In this document: positions 43,645 to 54,418 of the stretch, in pieces
How the letters are laid out: each line of letters starts with the position of its first letter
Position numbering within the stretch: the stretch's first letter is position 1
DNA from: Eubacteriales bacterium
GTDB taxonomy: Bacteria; Bacillota; Clostridia; Oscillospirales; CAG-382
DNA: 64,000 bases
Direction: 5' to 3'
Assembly (NCBI GenBank): GCA_045538555.1
Contig: JAZSRP010000034.1
Span: 430-64,429, forward strand
Made by a program: the position numbers and the translations under genes
Notes under the pieces: model-generated
Told to the model about the DNA's origin: nothing
Database searches by the model: none
What the model saw: the letters and a program-made list of their open reading frames with translations, nothing else

Positions 43645-44955
43645 TCAGATAAGGAATACAAACCACCAGCTGTAGACCTGAAGCATGGCAAGAGAGGTGC
43701 CAAATATCGCCATTGAAAGCTTCATCTCAAAAACCGTCAGGAAATTGGGGTTTGAGGTGTCCTTGTATTGCCTGAAATACCACATGCACCGTGAAATAAA
43801 CTGAAAAAAGATGTATATCGTTCCGATCACACCAAAAGCCATCAAAAAGTCAATGTACACATTGTGAGTGACCTGATCTGCCGCAACAGCCACCAGCCCG
43901 GGAGATCCGGGGATGTTGAAACCAAATGCCTGCTTGAGCAAGCTCTGGTTTGCAAAATGATTCATGTATGCGTTTGCGATATCGCTTCGGTTTACGGTAG
44001 CGAGGGTATAGTCCTGACTCTCGATGGACGAGAACGTGCGCTCCCAACGCCACAAGAGCTCTTCCATGTAGGGGATCTCAATCACGTTGCTGATAATAAA
44101 GAGAATGAGAATGGCAACCGCAAGAGAAAATACAATAATTCTCATCTTTTTGCCCACACCCTGCGTAAACACGACCTTCATCAGCAGGATGGAGACGGCA
44201 ACCAGCAGTCCGGATCGGCTGCCGGATCTAAAAATCCCCACAAATATCAAAATGACAGAGAGGTACTGAAACACCTTTCCTATTTTTGTTTTGAACTTGG
44301 TGTTGAGCAGGGCACAGAGGCCCTGGGTGCAGATAAAGGAAGCGTAGTTGGGGTCGGAATAACCCAATCCCGCCATACGGTCGGTGGTCTTGTAGGTTCC
44401 GCTGAGACCAAATGTAAAAGAAAGAGCGGGCAGCAGTGATGAGGTATAAACAGTGAACAAAAGGTTTTCCAGCCGTCTGGGGTCATCCTTGATCTTGTTG
44501 CCCACGATCATCATACAAAGGATAATGATGATCATTTTTATGGAATTGTTGCCGTATTCGCCGTAAGCGTACACAAAAAAGAGAACACAAACCGTGGCAA
44601 AAGCCATTTCACGCAGGTCGGGCATACGCTTGCCCGATGTGATCAGCTTGAAAAGCAATATGGCAATATAAAACAGCATCAGGGTAAATTTTCCAAACAA
44701 AAACGTACCCATGGCGTTGTCAAGAAAGGTGAGAGGGAACAGCAGATAGTTGAAAGAATCAAATCTGTACAGAGCGATGAGCGATATGGGAAGCACCGAG
44801 AACTTGATCAGCGGTCCCACTGCCGGCACCAGAATAACCAACGCGCAGGAAACGATAAACGTGACGATGAGGAACCGCTCTCTGCGGTTCTCGTCATTGA
44901 TTCCCGATGCGTTGCTTATGCGGTATCTGCTGTTTTTCAGATGAACTCCTGTCAT
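43645..44955 (-). CDS. O-antigen polymerase/ligase-like (Wzy-type) membrane protein
   Basis: About 436 aa with 10+ predicted TM segments and a large loop. Start preferred at the ATG at 44955 (GGAG Shine-Dalgarno); the track ORF starts at a TTG at 44982. Confidence 0.65.
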   Translation of the reverse strand: MTGVHLKNSRYRISNASGINDENRRERFLIVTFIVSCALVILVPAVGPLIKFSVLPISLIALYRFDSFNYLLFPLTFLDNAMGTFLFGKFTLMLFYIAILLFKLITSGKRMPDLREMAFATVCVLFFVYAYGEYGNNSIKMIIIILCMMIVGNKIKDDPRRLENLLFTVYTSSLLPALSFTFGLSGTYKTTDRMAGLGYSDPNYASFICTQGLCALLNTKFKTKIGKVFQYLSVILIFVGIFRSGSRSGLLVAVSILLMKVVFTQGVGKKMRIIVFSLAVAILILFIISNVIEIPYMEELLWRWERTFSSIESQDYTLATVNRSDIANAYMNHFANQSLLKQAFGFNIPGSPGLVAVAADQVTHNVYIDFLMAFGVIGTIYIFFQFISRCMWYFRQYKDTSNPNFLTVFEMKLSMAIFGTSLAMLQVYSWWFVFLI

Positions 44956-44988
44956 GGTGTCTCCAAAGCCCAAAACGGGCAAACGTCA

Positions 44989-46170
44989 TTATTTTTGCGG
45001 AAGAATCCGCTTGTATGCTTCCTCAAGCCGTGCGCTTTCCTTTTCCCAGCACAGCTCTTTTTTTGCTATCCTCAGGTTGGATTTGAATTTCTTTGTCAGC
45101 TCACTGTCGGAGCGCATCTGCCGGAGGCAGTCTGACATTGCCTGCGGGTCGGCGGGATCACAGGTGAGCCCGATGCCGTATTCCTTGACGATCTTGCTGA
45201 TTTCAGGAAAAAACGATCCCACCACCGGGGTCAAGCTCTGAATGTTTTCAAACAGCTTGTTGGGCAGTGAATAAAAGTGATTGATACAGACGTTTTTCAG
45301 TATCACCATGCCTGCGTCTGCCGCACCCGTGTATTTCCACAGCTCCTCAGCGGGAACCGCAGGGTGAAAATATATTCTGTCCGTGATGCCCATTGCCTCG
45401 GCTTTTTTCTTCAGCTCCGCCATGTAGGCATCGGCTCCGTTGCCCAACACCACGGATACGATGTTGCTGTTCAGCGCAGTGACCTCCATCAGAGTCTCCA
45501 CTCCTCTGTTGGGCACCACTCCGCCGTGGTACATGGCAATAAATGCATTATCCGCAAACCCCGCCTTTTTGCAGAGCTCTTTTCTGGTTTCTGCAATAAC
45601 GGACTCGTCAACGGGCATATATGCGGGAATATTTCGTACCACTGCGGGTCTTTCCTTCAGCTTGTGGATGGCGGTGACCTCGTCTGCGATGCTGTCGTTG
45701 ACCATGGTGGCAAGCGCGCATCTTTTTATGAGAAATCTCTCGGTGCGTGTGACCAAAAATTTTTGGAGCTTGCTGCGCTCGCCGCTTCTGCCGATCTCAA
45801 ACTCGTGGGAGTCGTATACCAGCAGGGGCTTGTTCTTTTTTGATCTGAAAAGCGTAGAAAGGTATCCGATCATCAGGGCAGGCAGGTCGTGGCAGGTCAG
45901 CAGGTCTGCCTTAAACGCTCTTGATCTCTTTGCCCACCAAAAAATGGAATATATCCTGTTGACCGGCCGCAAAATACGGCTGCCTCCCAGAGGACGGGTG
46001 GTAAACAAAAAATTGTCATATCCGTCGGTGACCACGTGACGTCCCTTGTCTCCGGGCTCGCCCTTGCTCATCACCGCCACATCCAGCCCCAGCTTTTTGA
46101 GGACGGACAGCTCGCGCTTGTCACGGCTGGCGTTGCGCCAGACGTTTCCGTATATTTTGAGTGCTTTCAT
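44989..46170 (-). CDS. Glycosyltransferase family 4
   Basis: 393 aa. GT-B C-terminal domain with an E..P.K..E-type motif. Confidence 0.75.
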   Translation of the reverse strand: MKALKIYGNVWRNASRDKRELSVLKKLGLDVAVMSKGEPGDKGRHVVTDGYDNFLFTTRPLGGSRILRPVNRIYSIFWWAKRSRAFKADLLTCHDLPALMIGYLSTLFRSKKNKPLLVYDSHEFEIGRSGERSKLQKFLVTRTERFLIKRCALATMVNDSIADEVTAIHKLKERPAVVRNIPAYMPVDESVIAETRKELCKKAGFADNAFIAMYHGGVVPNRGVETLMEVTALNSNIVSVVLGNGADAYMAELKKKAEAMGITDRIYFHPAVPAEELWKYTGAADAGMVILKNVCINHFYSLPNKLFENIQSLTPVVGSFFPEISKIVKEYGIGLTCDPADPQAMSDCLRQMRSDSELTKKFKSNLRIAKKELCWEKESARLEEAYKRILPQK

Positions 46171-46198
46171 GACGCACCTCGACTTAAAAATTGTTTTT

Positions 46199-47302
46199 TC
46201 AGATGCTGTTGTAGATATCGGTCAGGATCTTTTCCTGAGTGCTCCAGTTGTACAGCTCCTTGGCGGCCTCGTAGCCGTTTCTGCCCATTTCCGCCGCCCT
46301 GTCGGGGTTGGAAATAATGTATTTTACCGCTTCGGCAACCGCAGAGGGATCCTTTGGAGGAACGCAGATGCCGCAGCGGTGCTTTTCCACGATCTCTTTC
46401 CAGAGGTCAAAATCCGTGCAGATAACGGGAATTCCCGCCATCATGTATTCAAAAAGCTTGGTGTTGCCCAGGGTGCCCCGTTTGTTGCCTGTGTTGTTGC
46501 TGTAGGAGCACAGAGCCATCCCGCACACGCTGTTTGCCAGCTCGCCGTTGACCAGAGTGTGGTCGATCTTTCCTCTGAAATCCAAAAAGCCCGCGCCCTT
46601 TGATGCCTTGAGGGACTCAACGTACGCATCGCTTCCGTTGCCGAATATGCGGTAACTTGCATCACCGTCGCCCGCTGACTCCAGCGCCTCCAGAACCACG
46701 GAATGGTTCCATTGAGGGGAGACGCCGCCTGCAAAGCAAAAGAGCTTTTTGTCCTTGTTCTTTGCCTCGGGGAGAGGTGAAAGTCGGGGGTAATTGGTCA
46801 CCTGAAACACTTTTTTTGACACTGTCTGCAGATACTCGCAGATGCGAGGGGTGACGGAGATGACACAGGTGCATTTTTTGAGACGGTTTTTTTCAAACCG
46901 TGTGTAGAAAAATTTTATGACGCTGCGGAGATATTTTGGGAGATACTGCTTGTCCGAGATGGAGTCAGCCACGTTTTCGTGACTGTCAAAAATCACTTTT
47001 TTGCCTTTTTTTGACAGCTTGGGAACAAACCGCAGCAGCTCGGGATCGTGGAGGTGATAAACCTCCGCATCCAGCTCCAGCGCTTTTTTTACCACCTTTT
47101 TTGCGAACTTTGTGGCACGTTCGAGACGTTTTTTTGGAGGAGCGCCCACGCCCACCACCTTGACGCCCTTTTCCTCACGGGAGTCGCCGCTTGCAACCAG
47201 ATAGGTGTCAAACCCCGCCTCTGCAAGCGAGACGCATTCCTTGTGAAACACGCGAACATCGTCGCTTTTGTGTGCGCTTGTGATATGGCAGATCTTCATC
47301 AT
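46199..47302 (-). CDS. Glycosyltransferase family 4
   Basis: 367 aa. N-terminal KICHITSAHKSDDVRVF, typical of a GT4 subgroup. C-terminal TKLFEYMMAGIPVICTD. Confidence 0.8.
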   Translation of the reverse strand: MMKICHITSAHKSDDVRVFHKECVSLAEAGFDTYLVASGDSREEKGVKVVGVGAPPKKRLERATKFAKKVVKKALELDAEVYHLHDPELLRFVPKLSKKGKKVIFDSHENVADSISDKQYLPKYLRSVIKFFYTRFEKNRLKKCTCVISVTPRICEYLQTVSKKVFQVTNYPRLSPLPEAKNKDKKLFCFAGGVSPQWNHSVVLEALESAGDGDASYRIFGNGSDAYVESLKASKGAGFLDFRGKIDHTLVNGELANSVCGMALCSYSNNTGNKRGTLGNTKLFEYMMAGIPVICTDFDLWKEIVEKHRCGICVPPKDPSAVAEAVKYIISNPDRAAEMGRNGYEAAKELYNWSTQEKILTDIYNSI

Positions 47303-48546
47303 TTTTTCTCCGAAATAATGTTGTAGAGCTTGTGGGTGAGAATGCGGCAGTCATAATCCTCTGCGGCACGGCGTGCATTTTTGCAATATGTATCCATCTC
47401 CTCCCGGGACAGCTCCGAAAAGCGGATGATCTCATCTGCCATTGCCTCGGGAGAAAACTCCGGGAGGCATTTTCCGCATTGGTATCTGTCAATGAGGGAG
47501 TAACCGGAGTTTCGGTTTGCCAGCACAGGCCTTCCGGATGCAAAATATTCAAAAGACTTGTTCAAGCTCAGTCCGTACTTAAACAAGGGCGAATCCGCAA
47601 TCATGTATACGTTCAGATTTCCCTTGGACAAAAGGGAGGGAATGATGTCTTTTGATACGGAGCCCTTGAGAACGATGTTGTCAAGTCCGTTTTCTTTGAT
47701 GGAGCGGTTGATCTCCTCCACTTTGTCGCCGGCACCCCAGATCAGCAGCTTGATGTTGTTTTTGCCCTTTGCGCGCAACTGCTTTGCCACCTCAACCAGT
47801 TCCTCGATACGGTTGGCTTTTCGGATGGCTCCGGTGTAAATGACCTTGAAAATATCCGGGTTGTCAAGATCGGGATCGGTCAAAACCTTTTCTTTTGCAA
47901 GCGCGTCAAAAACCTCAAGATCAACACCGTTGTTGATGTGATGTATCTTTGATATATCGATGGGACCGCCGTTGGCGGTGTCCCAGCCCTGCTCGATAAT
48001 ATAATCTCTGCCGCCCTCCATGGTAAAGGTGACGGCGTCAGCTTTTTTGTAGAGGTTCCTCTCATAGCGGTACAAAATTCTTGCAATGGGGTTCTTTTTG
48101 GACATGTAGTTGTATGCAAAAAGGCTCTCGGGCCAAAGGTCTGCAATCTCCGCAACGCCTCTGCAACTGTATTTTTTTGAGAGCTTGATGCCTTTCATGC
48201 ATGCCATGGGAGTGACGGAAACAGCCAAAATTGCGTCGGGCTTGGGATATTTCTTGCACACCTTTGGCAGACGGCGGGGGAACAGAAACATGTTGATGAT
48301 CCTGTCGATCCCGTTGGAGCTGTAATTCCTGTTGCGGACGTACACGTACTTGATGCCGTCCACCACCTCCTCCTTGTACAGGGAGCCGTCGGTGATGAGG
48401 TTGAGATCGGAATTGTGTACCGTGCTTGCCGCAAAAATGGTGACTGTATGCCCCATTCTGGTGAGATATTTTGCATACGCCGCCGTGCGAACGTGAGGAA
48501 AATATTTTTGGGGGACGGCGTAATGGTTGATTATCCAGATGTTCAT
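47299..48546 (-). CDS. Glycosyltransferase family 4 (WbuB/WcaI-like), first gene of the - strand glycan operon
   Basis: 415 aa. MNIWIINHYAVP N-terminus. 4-nt overlap with the next GT4 gene. Confidence 0.8.
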   Translation of the reverse strand: MNIWIINHYAVPQKYFPHVRTAAYAKYLTRMGHTVTIFAASTVHNSDLNLITDGSLYKEEVVDGIKYVYVRNRNYSSNGIDRIINMFLFPRRLPKVCKKYPKPDAILAVSVTPMACMKGIKLSKKYSCRGVAEIADLWPESLFAYNYMSKKNPIARILYRYERNLYKKADAVTFTMEGGRDYIIEQGWDTANGGPIDISKIHHINNGVDLEVFDALAKEKVLTDPDLDNPDIFKVIYTGAIRKANRIEELVEVAKQLRAKGKNNIKLLIWGAGDKVEEINRSIKENGLDNIVLKGSVSKDIIPSLLSKGNLNVYMIADSPLFKYGLSLNKSFEYFASGRPVLANRNSGYSLIDRYQCGKCLPEFSPEAMADEIIRFSELSREEMDTYCKNARRAAEDYDCRILTHKLYNIISEKK

Positions 48547-49056
48547 AAAGACCTCATGCTTTCAAAAATCGATCAGACCTCATAGTTTTTTGGAGGGCAA
48601 AACCGCTTTGAATAGACTTTGAATAAAAATATTTTTCTTTTCCGCTCCTTTTGGTGCGGCGGAAAAGGCAGTTGCAAAATCAAAGTGCAAATTGACCTAT
48701 TTTGAAATTTACACTGATACATAATACCACCACAAAAAACCAAAGTCAATAGCAGGAACATAATTTATATACATTATTATACATTCTCAATCCGTTCCCA
48801 CCGCAAAAAACCGTGTCAAGGTGCAAAAATCCGGCTGCGGACGGAGCTTGAGCGGCGGAAAAAACGGCGAGTTTTTAAACAATTTGGCGAAAAATATGTT
48901 AAAATATTGTAAAATAAAACAAAACATCGAAACAAAGCCAGCCAAAAAAATTTTCAAATTCTATAGTTTTTGAATCTTTTAAAAATCGAAAAAATCGTTG
49001 AGGAAAATAGTTGCAGCCCTGCCTTTTGCCGGGGTGGCGGAATCTTGAAATACGTA

Positions 49057-49085
49057 TTGATTTTTGCAATAATATGTGTTATAAT
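49057..49085 (+). promoter_or_regulatory. Near-consensus extended -10 promoter of the licD operon
   Basis: TTGATT (49057-49062), 17-nt spacer ending in TGT, TATAAT (49080-49085). A hairpin atccgca-ctgt-tgcggat lies in the leader. Confidence 0.65.
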
Positions 49086-49139
49086 TATACAAATCCGCAC
49101 TGTTGCGGATCAAATTTCTTGCTTTTTCAGGAGACGGGA

Positions 49140-50009
49140 ATGAGCGCTGAGACAAACGCATCTTTGCATATGGAACACCAAAAAGCCCTGTACCGTCTGC
49201 TTTGTGAGTTTGACAGAGTGTGCAAGGAATTGAGCATTCCGTATTTTTTGTTTGCAGGCACTCTGTTGGGCGCTGTGCGCCACGGGGGATTTATTCCCTG
49301 GGATGACGATCTTGACGTTATTATGCTGCGTGAGGACTACCGTCGGCTTCTTGAGGAAGCGGACGGGGTTTTGAACCGCAGCGATTTTTATTTGCAAAAG
49401 GAATTTTCCGATCACTGGCCCATGTTTTTTTCCAAGCTTCGTCTCAACGGTACCACTTGTCTTGAAAAATACCATCCCAAAGACGAGGACGCTCATCAGG
49501 GTATATACATTGACATTTTTCCGCTGGACAGAGCCAAAAAGAGCGGTTTGGGCAGAAAAATACAGTTTTTTGCCTCAAAGATCGTCATTTCAAAATCTCT
49601 TTTCAACAGGGGCTATGACACCGACAGCAAAAAGAAAAAGCTGTTCATGTCCCTGTGTCGTCTGTTGCCTCTCAAGCCCTTTCTTGTCTGTGCAAAAAAC
49701 GGGCAGGAGGGAGGAGAGTACCTTCACAGCTTTTTCGGAGGCGCATCGGGATACGGCAAAAACGTGTATGATTGGGAGCTCTTTTCTCACAGCTGCTACC
49801 TAAAATTTGAGGGAGGGGAATTTCCCGCGCCCCAAAAATACCGTGAGCTGCTTGCCCATATCTACGGCGATTTTATGACCCTTCCTCCGGAGGAGGAGCG
49901 GAAGGTGAAGGAGCACGTGCTGCTGCTGGATACGGAAAATTCATTTGAAAAATACAAGGGATATCGGGATGGAATGACCTTTGACGTGCATACCCGCAGT
50001 ATCCGCTGA
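49140..50009 (+). CDS. licD: LicD-family phosphotransferase
   Basis: 289 aa from the ATG at 49140 (AGGAGA Shine-Dalgarno). LicD motifs FLFAGTLLGAVRHGGFIPWDDDLDV and IDIFPLD. Confidence 0.85.
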   Translation: MSAETNASLHMEHQKALYRLLCEFDRVCKELSIPYFLFAGTLLGAVRHGGFIPWDDDLDVIMLREDYRRLLEEADGVLNRSDFYLQKEFSDHWPMFFSKLRLNGTTCLEKYHPKDEDAHQGIYIDIFPLDRAKKSGLGRKIQFFASKIVISKSLFNRGYDTDSKKKKLFMSLCRLLPLKPFLVCAKNGQEGGEYLHSFFGGASGYGKNVYDWELFSHSCYLKFEGGEFPAPQKYRELLAHIYGDFMTLPPEEERKVKEHVLLLDTENSFEKYKGYRDGMTFDVHTRSIR

Positions 50010-50027
50010 AATTGAAAGTAAAAATAT

Positions 50028-50852
50028 ATGTTGCCGGGTGACGGAATGAGCAGGATCCAGGTTTTGGTTGCTACCATGAACCGCGAGGATGCGTCTCTTG
50101 CGGAAAAAATGAATATTGATTGCGATGCCATAATTGCCAATCAGGCGGGCAGACACGGGTTTGAGTCGGTGACACGGAACGGAAGAACGGTAAAAATGAT
50201 CACCACCGACACCAAGGGTGTGGGGCTCAACCGCAACATCGCTCTTTTTGCGGCGGATGCGGAGATCGTGTTGTTTGCGGATGATGATATGGTGTATTGC
50301 GACGGGCTGTCCGAGGGTGTGGCGGCGGCTTTTGATCACTGGAAGGACGCCGACGTGATATTGTTCAGCGTTTCCTTTTCAAAAAACGGGCAGGTGTTCA
50401 AAAAGCGCATCGTTCCTCAAAAAAGGATGCGGCTGTGGAATTCTCTCAAGTACGGCGCCATTGCTGTTGCCGCAAAGCGGGAGTCGATTTTAAAAAACAA
50501 CATCAGCTTCAGCCACTTTTTTGGCGGCGGATGCATATACGGCTCCGGTGAGGATTCCATGTTTATCAAGCACTGCTTTGACAAGGGGCTCAAGGTGTAC
50601 TCCTATGATTTCATGCTGGGGCGCTGCGGAAAGGACTCCTCCACCTGGTTTTGCGGTTACAATGACAAGTTCTTTTTTGACAAGGGAGCCGCCCTGCGGT
50701 ATATGTTCCCAAAAATGAAATATCTCATGATGCTGAGATTTGCCTTAAAATTCAAAGAATCCGGATATTCTTACGGAAAAAAGCTCCGTTTGATGGCGGA
50801 TGGAATCAAAAAATCCAAAAATCTCACCCCCTTTGAAGGGGAGCAAAAATAA
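50028..50852 (+). CDS. GT-A fold glycosyltransferase (family 2-like)
   Basis: 274 aa. QVLVATMN...FADDD motif. The start could be 50028 or 50046. Confidence 0.65.
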   Translation: MLPGDGMSRIQVLVATMNREDASLAEKMNIDCDAIIANQAGRHGFESVTRNGRTVKMITTDTKGVGLNRNIALFAADAEIVLFADDDMVYCDGLSEGVAAAFDHWKDADVILFSVSFSKNGQVFKKRIVPQKRMRLWNSLKYGAIAVAAKRESILKNNISFSHFFGGGCIYGSGEDSMFIKHCFDKGLKVYSYDFMLGRCGKDSSTWFCGYNDKFFFDKGAALRYMFPKMKYLMMLRFALKFKESGYSYGKKLRLMADGIKKSKNLTPFEGEQK

Positions 50853-50895
50853 AAACCAAAGGATCGCAAAAAGTTTTTTTGCGGAAAGGAACACC

Positions 50896-51822
50896 GTGCC
50901 CAGATTTTCTGTTATAATTCCGGTATTCAATACGGAGCCATACCTTGCCTGCTGTGCAGAGTCGGTTCTCTCCCAGGGGTTTGGGGATTTTGAAATAATT
51001 CTGGTCAACGACGGAAGCACCGATGACAGTCCGTCTCTGTGTGATGCCCTTGCCCAAAAGGACCCTCGGATCAGTGTGATACACAAGGCAAACGGCGGTT
51101 TGTCTCACGCAAGGAATACGGGGCTTGCTGCGGCAACGGGACAATACGTTTTGTTTTTGGATTCCGATGACGTGTTTTTTGATGATGCACTTGAAAAATT
51201 GGCTTACTTTGCCGACGGTGTCAATGATATCTTGGTTTTTGACGGAGAGTGCAGCGACGGAAGCAAAAAGCTTTTTCACCACCACGTAAAATCCGTTTGT
51301 AACGGTAAAACCTACCTCAGGCAAGCGCTGTCAAAAAACCGCATGCCCATGGCGTCGTGGCTGTACGGCTACCGCCGTGAGTTTTTGGAGAAGAACGGGC
51401 TGGAGTTCAAAAACGGGATCCTGCACGAGGACGAGCAATTTACGCCTCGGGCGTTTTTGTGTGCCGAAAGGGTGGCTGACACGGGAGCAAGAGTTTATGG
51501 TTATTGCGTTCGTCAGGGCTCCATCACACAGCAAAAGGATCTGCGCAGGAACTGCGCTCATCTCACGGAAACCTGCTTTGAGTTGAAGCAGATATACGAT
51601 TCTCTGGAGGACGAGGAGCTGAAAAACCTTCTGCTCGACTCTCTGGTGACCAAGTATCTGAGCTTGATGCAGGACGGAAAGCTGTACCGGTACGGAAAGC
51701 CGTTTGTGCAAAAAGCTTTTGTGAAGCAAAACGCAAAAAGCCGAAAAAACAAGGCAAAAGCCCTGCTTTTCTGCCTGTCGCCGCGGCTCTACTGGCAGGT
51801 AAACAATATTGCAAAAAAATAA
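50896..51822 (+). CDS. Glycosyltransferase family 2
   Basis: FSVIIPVFNTEPYL...VNDGSTD...LDSDD motifs. The GTG at 50896 with a GGAAAGGA Shine-Dalgarno is preferred over the overlapping ATG at 50800. Confidence 0.85.
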   Translation: MPRFSVIIPVFNTEPYLACCAESVLSQGFGDFEIILVNDGSTDDSPSLCDALAQKDPRISVIHKANGGLSHARNTGLAAATGQYVLFLDSDDVFFDDALEKLAYFADGVNDILVFDGECSDGSKKLFHHHVKSVCNGKTYLRQALSKNRMPMASWLYGYRREFLEKNGLEFKNGILHEDEQFTPRAFLCAERVADTGARVYGYCVRQGSITQQKDLRRNCAHLTETCFELKQIYDSLEDEELKNLLLDSLVTKYLSLMQDGKLYRYGKPFVQKAFVKQNAKSRKNKAKALLFCLSPRLYWQVNNIAKK

Positions 51823-51858
51823 CGCACCCCCATTGCCCGACGGGCAGAAAGGCGAAAA

Positions 51859-52941
51859 ATGGCCACATATTTGATCTGTACGGCAGTTCTTGCTCTGTGC
51901 TGGCTGCTGTCGCGGTTTGCGGACCGGTACGAAAACAAAAAATGCGTTTATGCCGTGGTGGTGATTCTTTCTCTTTTTGCGGGGCTGAGGGGAGAAAGCG
52001 TGGGTATCGACACAAGCAATTATCTCACGTATTTTGAGCATATCGGCAGGGGAGAGTTTCAGTATGCGTACGGACTTGAGGAGACTTTCAAGTATCTTTG
52101 CTATGCGATTTTGAAAATCATTCCCTCCACCCAGTTTTTGCTGGTATTTTGCGCTGCAGTGACCAATTATTTTGTGCTGATGCGCATGTGGGATTTTCGA
52201 AAAGTGGCGGCTTTTGGCACAATGGCGTCCTGCTATTATATGGGTTTTTTCTTCATGACCCTCAATACCATGCGTCAGTTTTGCGCCATTGCCATCGTTT
52301 TTTACGCCACACGCTATTTGATTGATCACAAAAACGTCAAATATCTGTTTTTTGTGGCGATATCTGCCCTGTTTCACACCTCCGGTCTTGTGGGCGTGGC
52401 GTTTCTTGCGTTCAGCTTTTTGCGGTGGAAAAACCTGAAAAGGATTGAAAAGATCTTTTACGCCTCCGCAGTGCTTGTATCCCCTGCGGTTGTGGGATAT
52501 CTGATGCTGAAAATGCTGAGATACGAAGGTGATTTTACCATGACGGGCAAGGGCGTGGGCATCATGGTCCCCGTCAAGATCGCATTTTTTGCTGCCACCT
52601 TGCTGTTTGTGTACGTTTTGTACGGCAGGGACAAGCATTTTTGCGTGTGGAACCGGCTTGCCGGCGAGGAAAAGGAAGCGCTGGGGTTTGTTTGTATCTG
52701 CTACGGCATCGGAATCTGTCTGATATTTTTGAGTTATTTTGTGCCCATGCTCAACAGAGTGGGGTGGTATTTTACCATCTTTGAGGGTGTGTATATGGGC
52801 AGTCTGATACGCACAAAAAACCAGGTGCACAGATATGCTTTCGGTGCCTGTGTGATGTTGATAATGGGATATGGATTTGTGTCTGCCATGACGGGAAACG
52901 ATCAGGGGACTGTGCCATATCTGTTCTTCTGGCAGAAATAA
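51859..52941 (+). CDS. EpsG-family (Wzy-like) polysaccharide polymerase
   Basis: 360 aa, polytopic. The N-terminal pattern ...LFAGLRGESVGIDTSNY is typical of the EpsG family. Confidence 0.7.
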   Translation: MATYLICTAVLALCWLLSRFADRYENKKCVYAVVVILSLFAGLRGESVGIDTSNYLTYFEHIGRGEFQYAYGLEETFKYLCYAILKIIPSTQFLLVFCAAVTNYFVLMRMWDFRKVAAFGTMASCYYMGFFFMTLNTMRQFCAIAIVFYATRYLIDHKNVKYLFFVAISALFHTSGLVGVAFLAFSFLRWKNLKRIEKIFYASAVLVSPAVVGYLMLKMLRYEGDFTMTGKGVGIMVPVKIAFFAATLLFVYVLYGRDKHFCVWNRLAGEEKEALGFVCICYGIGICLIFLSYFVPMLNRVGWYFTIFEGVYMGSLIRTKNQVHRYAFGACVMLIMGYGFVSAMTGNDQGTVPYLFFWQK

Positions 52942-52995
52942 AGGATTTTTTGCACACGGTTTTGATCCGAGACAAAAAGCACGGGAGGAAAGCTG

Positions 52996-54390
52996 ATGAA
53001 AAGCCGAAACAAATACCTGTTGAAAAACGTTGTCAGCTTCTTTTTTGGAAAGGTGGGGTCAAAGCTGATCAGCTTTTTGCTGGTTCCGCTGTATACTCAC
53101 GTGCTTGCTACGGGAGAATACGGCGTTGCTGATCTGGTGATAACCGCTTCCTCAATGATGGCATCCGTTGTGGTGCTTGAGGTGGGCGAAGCGGTGATGA
53201 GGTTTTGCCTGGACAAGGGCGCCGACAAAAACAAGGTGATGAGCGTGGGGCTGGCGCTGCTTGCCGCAGGAACTGTGGCGGGACTGGCGTTTATCCCCAT
53301 TTCAAATTCTGTTTCTGCCTTTTCGGGATACGGATTGTTTGTGTACGGCTGTATGCTCAGCGCCGCATATATGCAGGTGTTTCTCAGCTTTTTGAGAGGG
53401 CAGGAAAAGCTCAATCTTTATGCGGTGTGCAACATCGTGCACACTCTTTCCTTTGCGGGACTCAATATTTTGTTTCTTGTTTTTCTCCGTTGGGGCGTCA
53501 ACGGGTATTTGTACGCAAACATTTTTTCAAACTGTCTCACGGCGCTGCTTGCCGCAGTGCTGGGCAGCGCCCACAGGGCGGTTGCGGAATTTTGTATTGA
53601 CACCGCGCTTGTGAAAAGGATGGTAAAATATTCTGTTGCGCTTGTTCCAAACACCTTGATGTGGTGGATCATCAACTCCTCGGACAGGGTTATGATAACC
53701 GCCATGATCGGCTCTGCCGCCAACGGGCTGTATGCGGTGGCATACAAGCTGCCGTCGCTGCTCAACACCTTTTCAAGCACCTTCAATTTTGCTTGGACGC
53801 ATTCTGCAATACGTGAAAAGGGCAGCGTTGACGAATCGGAGTATCACAACGAGACTTACAACGGGATGGTACAGGTGCTGACAGTGGTTGCGGCGGGAAT
53901 GCTGCTGGTCATAAAGCCGTTTTTGGGCATTTACGTTGCGCCTGCCTTTTTTGAGGCGTGGAAATATACGCCGTATCTGATATTGGCGTTTGTGTTTTTG
54001 ACGCTGGGCGATTTTGTGGGCACTGCCTACAAGGTGAACAAAAACAGTGTGCAGTATCTGCTGTCGGGAGTTCTCGGAGCGGTGGTGAACGTGGGGCTGA
54101 ACCTCTTGCTGATCCCCGTGATCGGTGCGGCGGGCGCCGCGGTTGCAACCTGTGCAAGCTGTCTGTCGGTTTTTGTTTTTCGATTGATAAACACCAGGCG
54201 GTATATAAAAATCAATGCGCTGAGTTTCAGCCATTTGCTGTCTTTTGGTATGCTTTTTGCAATGGCCGGACTGATGTTTTGGGAAACGGCAGTCTCGTTT
54301 GCGCTTTCTGCGGTGCTGTTTTGCGGATGCTTGTTCTTGTCGAGAGATATCGTGAAAAAGACGGTGTTCACATTGCTGAAAAAGAGCTGA
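52996..54390 (+). CDS. Wzx-type oligosaccharide flippase (second copy in the window)
   Basis: 464 aa. KNVVSFFFGKVGSKLISFLLVPLYT is a PST-family N-terminus. 12+ TM segments. Confidence 0.75.
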   Translation: MKSRNKYLLKNVVSFFFGKVGSKLISFLLVPLYTHVLATGEYGVADLVITASSMMASVVVLEVGEAVMRFCLDKGADKNKVMSVGLALLAAGTVAGLAFIPISNSVSAFSGYGLFVYGCMLSAAYMQVFLSFLRGQEKLNLYAVCNIVHTLSFAGLNILFLVFLRWGVNGYLYANIFSNCLTALLAAVLGSAHRAVAEFCIDTALVKRMVKYSVALVPNTLMWWIINSSDRVMITAMIGSAANGLYAVAYKLPSLLNTFSSTFNFAWTHSAIREKGSVDESEYHNETYNGMVQVLTVVAAGMLLVIKPFLGIYVAPAFFEAWKYTPYLILAFVFLTLGDFVGTAYKVNKNSVQYLLSGVLGAVVNVGLNLLLIPVIGAAGAAVATCASCLSVFVFRLINTRRYIKINALSFSHLLSFGMLFAMAGLMFWETAVSFALSAVLFCGCLFLSRDIVKKTVFTLLKKS

Positions 54391-54418
54391 GACACAAAAT
54401 TTTGACATGGAGGCACTC

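Noticed and set aside
51331-52830. 499-aa - strand ORF opposite the GT2 and EpsG genes
   Set aside because: Antisense to two motif-supported + strand genes and crosses their intergenic gap. Basic low-complexity translation.
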